Below the pieces are notes generated by a model. The model made no database searches, was not told the DNA's origin, and worked only from the letters and a program-made list of their open reading frames with translations. The position numbers and the translations under genes are program-made. Below, in pieces: positions 8,871-14,119 of a DNA stretch of 14,119 bases. Position 1 is the stretch's first letter; each line of letters starts with the position of its first letter. This DNA comes from Cyanobacteria bacterium J06626_4 (GTDB taxonomy: Bacteria; Cyanobacteriota; Cyanobacteriia; Phormidesmidales; Phormidesmidaceae). Location: positions 1-14,119 of the forward strand of contig JBCBJQ010000132.1 in assembly GCA_038523235.1 (NCBI GenBank), read 5' to 3'.

Positions 8871-9722
8871 CTAGGCCCAACCCAGCCAACCTTGAAAGCG
8901 ACCCTGTAAGGTGGCCCAGTAGGAGCGCATGTTGTCTCTGCGTCCCCGCACTAGCGCGATCGCAAGACCGACGCTGGGGCGTAGCCAGTTGTAGATCACA
9001 AACCAGAAGGGATAGCGATGTTTGCGCAGCAAACGACCCCGCCCCATGGCGTAGGCACGGGTTTTGGTAAAGTCTCGGGGAGCCTGAGGCAAGGGCACAG
9101 GGCGGTCAGCCTCGGGGAGTTTAACGGGGTGAACAACCGTTAGGGTGGGTTCATAGTGGAGCTGAAAGTCTGCCTGTATGGCCCGCAGCAGATAATCAGA
9201 CTCTTCGCCAGACCCCCAGGGGGTGCCAGCGCCGACGCCTAAGCTTTCGTCAAAGCCGCCGACTTTTTCAACCACGGGGCGACGGAGGAAAATGGTGTAC
9301 GAGATGCCTCGACGCCAGAGGTTGATGGGGGTAATGGGGCCGCTCTGGCGATCCCAAATGGAGGCATTGCCAGCCGGACGTCCAGTCAAGCCATCTTGCT
9401 GGGGGTTTTCGGTAAAAAAGTGGTGAACCCGCTCCAGCAGGTCGGGGGGATAGGCACAGTCATCGTCGGGAAAGGCCACGAGGCTACCGGAAATCTGCTG
9501 AATGCCAACATTCCGGGCTAACGAGAGTCCTTTGGCTGAACGCAGATGGTTAATGGGAAATTTGCCTTGATAAGGAGCCAGGATATCGACTAAGCGATCG
9601 TCGAGATTTTGGTCAATCACGATTAATTCAAAATCTCGATAGGTCTGGGCATCCAGGGACTTGAGAAAGTAACTAATCTCAGCAGTACGATGCAGGGTCG
9701 CTAAAAGCAGGGAAAATTTCAT
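8871..9722 (-). CDS. Glycosyltransferase family 2 (GT-A fold)
   Basis: From the ATG at 9722: MKFSLLLATLHR..QTYRDFELIVIDQN, GLSLARNVGI, AFPDDDC, GGFDESLG..GEESD. The track's 9773 start is probably too long. Confidence 0.9.
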   Translation of the reverse strand: MKFSLLLATLHRTAEISYFLKSLDAQTYRDFELIVIDQNLDDRLVDILAPYQGKFPINHLRSAKGLSLARNVGIQQISGSLVAFPDDDCAYPPDLLERVHHFFTENPQQDGLTGRPAGNASIWDRQSGPITPINLWRRGISYTIFLRRPVVEKVGGFDESLGVGAGTPWGSGEESDYLLRAIQADFQLHYEPTLTVVHPVKLPEADRPVPLPQAPRDFTKTRAYAMGRGRLLRKHRYPFWFVIYNWLRPSVGLAIALVRGRRDNMRSYWATLQGRFQGWLGWA

Positions 9723-9820
9723 AGCAGAAACCTGACGAAGCCTTCTGTAGAAGAGAGCAAGGGTTAAAGACAAATGTCATTGAACTAAGGCTGTTCGGCA
9801 GTGCTCACCCGATGACGGTA

Positions 9821-9910
9821 AAGTGATCCCACTTTTGTTTTCTCGGTCTGCTGGCGGGTAAGATACCCGCTCTAAACGCGTTGATAGATTTACAAATCGG
9901 GGATGCACCC
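9821..9910. mobile_element. ~90-bp MITE-like repeat, copy 2 (inverted relative to copy 1)
   Basis: Ends are AAGTGATCCCA...GGGGATGCACCC. Internal perfect hairpin GCGGGTA-AGA-TACCCGC (9854-9870). Flanked by the near-identical direct repeat TGACGGTA (9813-9820) / TGGCGGTA (9911-9918). Confidence 0.75.
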
Positions 9911-9924
9911 TGGCGGTAGAAGAG

Positions 9925-10085
9925 CTGCCGCTTATACAGAAGTTTCTGATTGATCATTGCCAGAAATCTAGCCCCCGACATCCCCCAATTCTGGGGGACT
10001 GTGAACTCCGTCTCCCAGAATTGGGGGGATAAAGGGGGGCCAATGCAGCATTTTGCGGTCTTACAGATATGTGTATAAGCTGTAG
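9925..10085. mobile_element. ~160-bp MITE with TIRs, candidate target-site duplication and internal palindrome (Nezha/IS4-derived-like architecture)
   Basis: TIRs: GCTGCCGCTTATACA (9924-9938) matches the reverse complement of TGTATAAGCTGTAGC (10072-10086) at 13/15. Flanking direct repeat CGGTAGAAGAG (9914-9924) / CGCTAGAAGAG (10086-10096), 10/11. Non-coding. The family name rests on recalled size and TIR/DR architecture, not on a search. Confidence 0.72.
9971..10040. repeat. GC-rich inverted repeat (TCCCCCAATTCTGGGGGA-type cyanobacterial palindrome pair)
   Basis: CCCCCAATTCTGGGGGAC (9982-9999) pairs 17/18 with GTCTCCCAGAATTGGGGG (10010-10027), with outer arms GCCCCC/GGGGGC. The left arm is itself a hairpin, TCCCCCA-ATTC-TGGGGGA (9981-9998). 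Confidence 0.85.
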
Positions 10086-10146
10086 CGCTAGAAGAGAGAA
10101 GAGATGTAGATACCCCTAACCCAAAAAATTTAATTTAAGGCAGTTT

Positions 10147-11121
10147 TCACTTCGCCAATCCTTTCTGCCAGTTGGTGACTTTGCCATAGCCATTACTACC
10201 CAAGAGGCAAAAGGCTAAGCCTTTAACCATGGTTTTTCTGGACCAAGGCAAAAATTCAATCATGTCTAACCAGCACCCCAAAGCCGCTAGTCGCTGATGG
10301 CTGTTCATTTGTGCCTGCAGCTGCCTGAGCTTAACAAACGCCATATGTTTAGCGACCCAGCGCTGATAAGTTTGTTCCCCTACGCGAGCTTTCATGGTGG
10401 CGCCCCAACGGGCTTGAAACAGCTCTAGCCCTTGCTTTTTAGCCTGCCAATTGCCGCTAACTTGATGACTATTATGAACGTATTTGGTCACTAGGGGCGT
10501 TTGCACAGCCGCAAACTTGTTGCCTGCTTGCGCCAACCGGAGAAATAGATCGTAGTCTTGGAAGCTTGGTAAGCTTTCATCAAAGCCCTCGATCGCTTGC
10601 AGAGCGTCACGTCTGATTAAAAAGGTCGATAGAGCCGGGCACCAGCCATTGAGCAGCGGTCGAAAGACGTCACCTTCGTAGGGGGCCGGATTGAGTGTTT
10701 GCTGTCCATATGTTTCTTGATGCTCATCATATTGGCAATAAACCACTGAAATGCTGCGGTCTTGATTAATGAGGGCAAGCTGCTTTTCCAGCTTTTGTGG
10801 TAGCCATTCATCATCGCTATCTAAGAACGCCACAAAGTCTGCGCGGGAGGCTTGAATGCCCTGATTTCGCGCATAGTTGCCGCCCCGGTTTTGCCCTAAA
10901 GGCACGAACCGCAGGCGAGGATCATTGATGTTTGCCACAACTTCGGCGGTGTTATCGGTGGAGCCATCATCCACCACAATCAGCTCAATCTCAGAGAGCG
11001 TTTGACCTAATACACTCTGCAGAGTGCGTAGCAAGACATCGGCCCGATTAAAGGTAGGGACGACCACACTCACGAGAGGCAATGTTGGGAAGAAATCAGT
11101 GGATGGATCAGAGAGAGTCAT
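10147..11121 (-). CDS. Glycosyltransferase family 2 (GT-A fold)
   Basis: PLVSVVVPTFNR, LIVVDDGSTD, ARNQGI, AFLDSDD, GFDESL..QDYD. Likely start is the ATG at 11121 (MTLSDP); the track's 11208 overlaps the upstream gene. Confidence 0.92.
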   Translation of the reverse strand: MTLSDPSTDFFPTLPLVSVVVPTFNRADVLLRTLQSVLGQTLSEIELIVVDDGSTDNTAEVVANINDPRLRFVPLGQNRGGNYARNQGIQASRADFVAFLDSDDEWLPQKLEKQLALINQDRSISVVYCQYDEHQETYGQQTLNPAPYEGDVFRPLLNGWCPALSTFLIRRDALQAIEGFDESLPSFQDYDLFLRLAQAGNKFAAVQTPLVTKYVHNSHQVSGNWQAKKQGLELFQARWGATMKARVGEQTYQRWVAKHMAFVKLRQLQAQMNSHQRLAALGCWLDMIEFLPWSRKTMVKGLAFCLLGSNGYGKVTNWQKGLAK

Positions 11122-11143
11122 GAATGGTTGCCTAAAGAACTCA

Positions 11144-12034
11144 TTAAACGAGCCGGGCTTGAAAATAGAGCTGAACTTCTTTCCAAAGGCTGAGATAACG
11201 AATGGCAATAAAGACCAAGCTCAGCCCAATCCGGTGATCCAAGCTGGTAATTTCCTCGTCGGAAAATACGCGACCGATGTCTCGAATGGGGGGTCTAGTT
11301 TGCCAGGCGATGCGTTTGATAAAGATGCTGATGGGCTCAGATTGTCGAGCGTCAATTTTGTAGCGGCCTTCGATAACGCGGCTAATTTTTTTGGCGATTT
11401 CAGGCCAAGAGTGGCGGGCCGGATGGGCAATGCCAACATCGTCGGCGTAGATCTGCCGATAGCCCGCCGCGTAGACTCGCTGACCCCATTCGCGATCGCC
11501 GCCGGATTTGAGCTGAGCGTTGAAGGGGCCAACGGCCTCAAAGATCGCTCTGGAGGTGAAGAGATTGGCAGTCGCTCCGTAATGGTCTTCGGCAATATAG
11601 CGGTGCTGCTGCAAGAAGTTGCGACTATCGAAAAGTTCGACGACGGTGGGGCGGTTTTGTTGTTGAAAGAAGAGCTGAATTTTACCCGCGACGAGGCCGC
11701 AGTTTTCAGTCGCTAGAAAGCGAGCAACGCCCTTTTCGATCCAGTCTTGGGCAGGGATGCAGTCGGAGTCAGTGAAGCCCAAGAGTTGGCCACGGGCAGT
11801 CTGTAGTCCCCGATTGCGGGCCGCGTAAGAACCCGGTTGGCTCTCTGAGGTGAGGCGCACTTGCTCATATTTGTTGACCAGGTCATCTAGGGGATGAGCT
11901 GAGTTATTGTCGATGACAATGACTTCGTATTGATCTTTGGGGTAAGTCTGGTGCTCTAGGGCTTCTAGACAGAGGGTGAGGCGATCGCGATCGTTGTAGA
12001 CCGGAATAATGATCGAAACGAAAGGCTGAGTCAT
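11144..12034 (-). CDS. Glycosyltransferase family 2 (GT-A fold)
   Basis: PFVSIIIPVYND, VIVIDNNS, GSYAARNRG, FTDSDC, SGGDREW. The ATG at 12034 forms an ATGA overlap with the upstream stop (12031-12033). Confidence 0.92.
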   Translation of the reverse strand: MTQPFVSIIIPVYNDRDRLTLCLEALEHQTYPKDQYEVIVIDNNSAHPLDDLVNKYEQVRLTSESQPGSYAARNRGLQTARGQLLGFTDSDCIPAQDWIEKGVARFLATENCGLVAGKIQLFFQQQNRPTVVELFDSRNFLQQHRYIAEDHYGATANLFTSRAIFEAVGPFNAQLKSGGDREWGQRVYAAGYRQIYADDVGIAHPARHSWPEIAKKISRVIEGRYKIDARQSEPISIFIKRIAWQTRPPIRDIGRVFSDEEITSLDHRIGLSLVFIAIRYLSLWKEVQLYFQARLV

Positions 12035-13104
12035 GGCTTCCCCCAACGCAAACAGTTTTCATAGACGTCTAAGTTTTTCTGGGCGACAAATTCCCAACTC
12101 CATTCCTGTGCCTTGGTGTAATTGTGCTGACCCATTTGGGTGATGGGCTCCTTTTGGGCCAGGGCAGCTTGCATCGCGTCTAAGAGACCGTTGGGCCGAT
12201 CTGGGTCGTACAAAAAAGCGCCTTGATCATCTAATACCTCCGGAATGCAGCCTTGGTCAGGAGCAATACAAGCTTTTGCGAAGGACATGGCAAGCAGGAC
12301 AGCGCCAGAAGTCAAAAACTGGCGGTAGGGTAGCAGCACGATATCGCTAGCATTCATATAAACCTGTACTTCATCATCGGGAATAAAACGGGCTTCTAGC
12401 TTAATGCGAGAATCGGCTTTAATGTGCTGCTCAATTTCGGCGATCAGATCGCTATCCTTGGCAGCGCCAGCGATAATCAGGTGAATATTTTGGTCTTTAG
12501 GCAGTTGGTCAAAAGCAACAAGTATTTCAGGGACGCCTTTATAAGCCCGGATCAAACCAAAGAACAGAAATACAAAACTTGAGTGAGAAATTTCTAATTG
12601 TTCCCGAGCTTGACTCTGAGTAAAGGCCCTGGGGTATTGGTCAATGTAGTTGGCGTGGGGAATGACAAAGATTTTGCCGGGGCATTTAACGCCATACTTG
12701 TCAATGATTTCTCGCTTAGCTGCTTCCGAATGGGCAATGACAGCATTGGATGTTTTGACAACTATCTGGGTAGAAAGGTCATCAAGAACAGGATGCTTGC
12801 TATCGTGGCTTTTAAGATTATGAGCTGTCCAGACTATCTTTTTTCTCTGAAATCGGAGAATGAATAGTCCCGCAACAAACTTACTGAACCTAACAACAGA
12901 TTTGAGCCTACTAGGAGTATCAAAGTATTGATGAATCCAATGTAAATGAACGACATCAGGTTGCCAGTCCGATACAGCACTCGGCAAAAAAGCTTTATAC
13001 CATTCAACGCTTTGAATATTTGCAGATAAGTTTGACAGATGACTAATGAGCTGATCTTGATAAGGATTGATGCCTGCTAACCTTGGCGCAATACTAACTC
13101 TCAT
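12031..13104 (-). CDS. GT-B glycosyltransferase, GumI/GT94-like (beta-mannosyltransferase-like)
   Basis: NPY, DVVHLHW, VWTAHNL..H, HANY, FGLIRAYKGV, LPY...SGAVLLAMS. It lacks the GT4 E-x7-E motif. The motif series resembles Xanthomonas GumI as I recall it. Start is the ATG at 13104 or the GTG at 13116. Confidence 0.85.
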   Translation of the reverse strand: MRVSIAPRLAGINPYQDQLISHLSNLSANIQSVEWYKAFLPSAVSDWQPDVVHLHWIHQYFDTPSRLKSVVRFSKFVAGLFILRFQRKKIVWTAHNLKSHDSKHPVLDDLSTQIVVKTSNAVIAHSEAAKREIIDKYGVKCPGKIFVIPHANYIDQYPRAFTQSQAREQLEISHSSFVFLFFGLIRAYKGVPEILVAFDQLPKDQNIHLIIAGAAKDSDLIAEIEQHIKADSRIKLEARFIPDDEVQVYMNASDIVLLPYRQFLTSGAVLLAMSFAKACIAPDQGCIPEVLDDQGAFLYDPDRPNGLLDAMQAALAQKEPITQMGQHNYTKAQEWSWEFVAQKNLDVYENCLRWGKP

Positions 13105-13204
13105 GAGTAACGTCACTAGATTGATGGATTCAGGTATGCACTAATCGGTCATACAGCGTTCCTGAAGCTAGTGAGGTCTAAAAAACAGCCTGAAGTCCCT
13201 ATTC

Positions 13205-14119
13205 TTAGGTCAGCGACTGTCTCTCACCCGGCAAGGAAATGCTGTAGAGCCTTAAATGCTCATCAAAGATGATGGACATTTCTAGTTTTTTTTGGAGCAT
13301 TTCTACCGCAAAAACCTGATCAACTGAAGAACTATTTTCCAACTCAATCACTGATTCCACAATCGCCTTAGGACTAAGCGATTCAAGCAGTTTGAGTGAG
13401 TTAGGAGAAATAGAGTTGTATTCCTGAATCTGCGGTAGATCTGTCGCCAAAATCCGAGGATGTTGTACAGAAATCCATGTAGACAGTGATCCCGAAGCAG
13501 AGCAGTTTCTGAATGGACATAAGGCAATATCTGTGGCAAATAGGTATTGTTCTAGTTCACCTTCAGATAAGTATCCTGTAATGCGCAGTCTATCTGAAAC
13601 ACCCAATTGTTCCGCCCGTTTAACCAGCCCATCGGCAAAACCAATTGAGCGTTCATTAAACTTACCGGCGAATATCATTATAAAGTGTTCCGGCAACATT
13701 CCAAGTGCTTCGACAGCAATGTCATGGCCTTTACGCTTGTGAATCCATCCTAGCAAGGTCACAACTTTATAATTGTCTAGCTTTAGAGATTTTCGAGCTG
13801 CGTGTGGATCGATTTTCTTTTCTCTTTGCTCTACAAAATGAGGGATATTTTTTATCTTTTGTTGCAAGCCATGACCTGTTATTGACCGCAGTCTCTCTTG
13901 CTCTTGCTTAGTACAGACAAAGGCAGTCTGCAGAAAGCTTAAAAGAATTCGATAGAAGAAATTATTCCAAGCCAGCTTTGCTCGTAGAGATTTTGCAATT
14001 TTTTTGAATTCAAGATTAAGAATTGCTTGCCGATGATTGAGTGAAAACTCTTTTACATAAATATCGTGGAGAGTTGCCACGGTAGGGCATTTACAGCTAG
14101 TGATAAACAGCCATAAATA
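13205..14119 (-). CDS. GT-B glycosyltransferase (GT4-like, atypical acidic motif), 5'-truncated by the window edge
   Basis: The frame stays open upstream of the track's GTG at 14080 to the edge (YLWLFITSCKCPTVATLHD...). Motifs TLHD, LLGWIHKRKGHD, ITGYLSE, PFRNCSASGSLSTW. Confidence 0.85.
   Translation of the reverse strand, partial: YLWLFITSCKCPTVATLHDIYVKEFSLNHRQAILNLEFKKIAKSLRAKLAWNNFFYRILLSFLQTAFVCTKQEQERLRSITGHGLQQKIKNIPHFVEQREKKIDPHAARKSLKLDNYKVVTLLGWIHKRKGHDIAVEALGMLPEHFIMIFAGKFNERSIGFADGLVKRAEQLGVSDRLRITGYLSEGELEQYLFATDIALCPFRNCSASGSLSTWISVQHPRILATDLPQIQEYNSISPNSLKLLESLSPKAIVESVIELENSSSVDQVFAVEMLQKKLEMSIIFDEHLRLYSISLPGERQSLT

Larger units (their letters stand above)
642..11988. repeat. 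HIP1 octamer GCGATCGC, dispersed (13 copies seen)
   Basis: Exact matches found by eye starting at 642, 1981, 2907, 3389, 4234, 4627, 5062, 6729, 6911, 7699, 8956, 11492 and 11981. This is far above chance for an 8-mer in 14 kb. HIP1 is a cyanobacterial hallmark. Confidence 0.9.

Noticed and set aside
6348..9910. Composite transposon or invertible segment bounded by the two inverted 90-bp copies
   Set aside because: No transposase or recombinase in the window, no shared target duplication at the outer ends, copy 2 has its own flanking repeat, and the enclosed genes keep the cluster orientation.
9813..10096. CRISPR array or ncRNA gene in the repeat-rich spacer
   Set aside because: There are no regularly spaced direct repeats with spacers. 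The structure is explained by the two MITE-like elements.
11024..11716. 230-aa plus-strand ORF
   Set aside because: Antisense shadow of two well-supported GT2 genes, with no recognisable motifs.
1825..13293. Homopolymer runs of 7-8 nt in GT genes (C7 at ~1825 and ~2421, G7 at ~8231, T8 at ~13286) as phase-variation tracts
   Set aside because: Too short to indicate contingency loci, all frames are intact, and they are explained by Gly/Pro/Lys codons.
1052..13911. Remaining short plus-strand and alternative-frame ORFs in the track (e.g. 3336..3923, 4468..5028, 7921..8322, 4443..4817)
   Set aside because: All lie within clear glycosyltransferase genes on the opposite strand or in another frame. 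This is expected from codon bias, and none has independent support.

Overview
This window is an internal segment of a cyanobacterial surface-polysaccharide (EPS/capsule/LPS-type) biosynthesis cluster. There are 13 CDSs, all on the minus strand: 7 GT-B-fold glycosyltransferases (5 with GT4-type E/D-x7-E motifs, one GumI/GT94-like, one atypical and cut by the right edge), 4 GT2 glycosyltransferases, a PAPS-dependent sulfotransferase, and the N-terminus of a polytopic membrane protein (possible Wzy-like polymerase) cut by the left edge. Cyanobacterial origin is inferred from at least 13 HIP1 octamers (GCGATCGC). The gene set suggests a complex sulfated polysaccharide. The intergenic DNA holds small non-autonomous mobile repeats. 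These are two diverged, oppositely oriented copies of a ~90-bp TIR-bounded element whose REP-like hairpin shows a compensatory base-pair change (6348-6435, 9821-9910), and a ~160-bp MITE (9925-10085) with TIRs, an 11-bp candidate target duplication and an internal GC-rich palindrome, lying next to the second copy. GC content and HIP1 density are mosaic. I saw no RNA genes, CRISPR array or transposase, and no clearly new enzymatic system.
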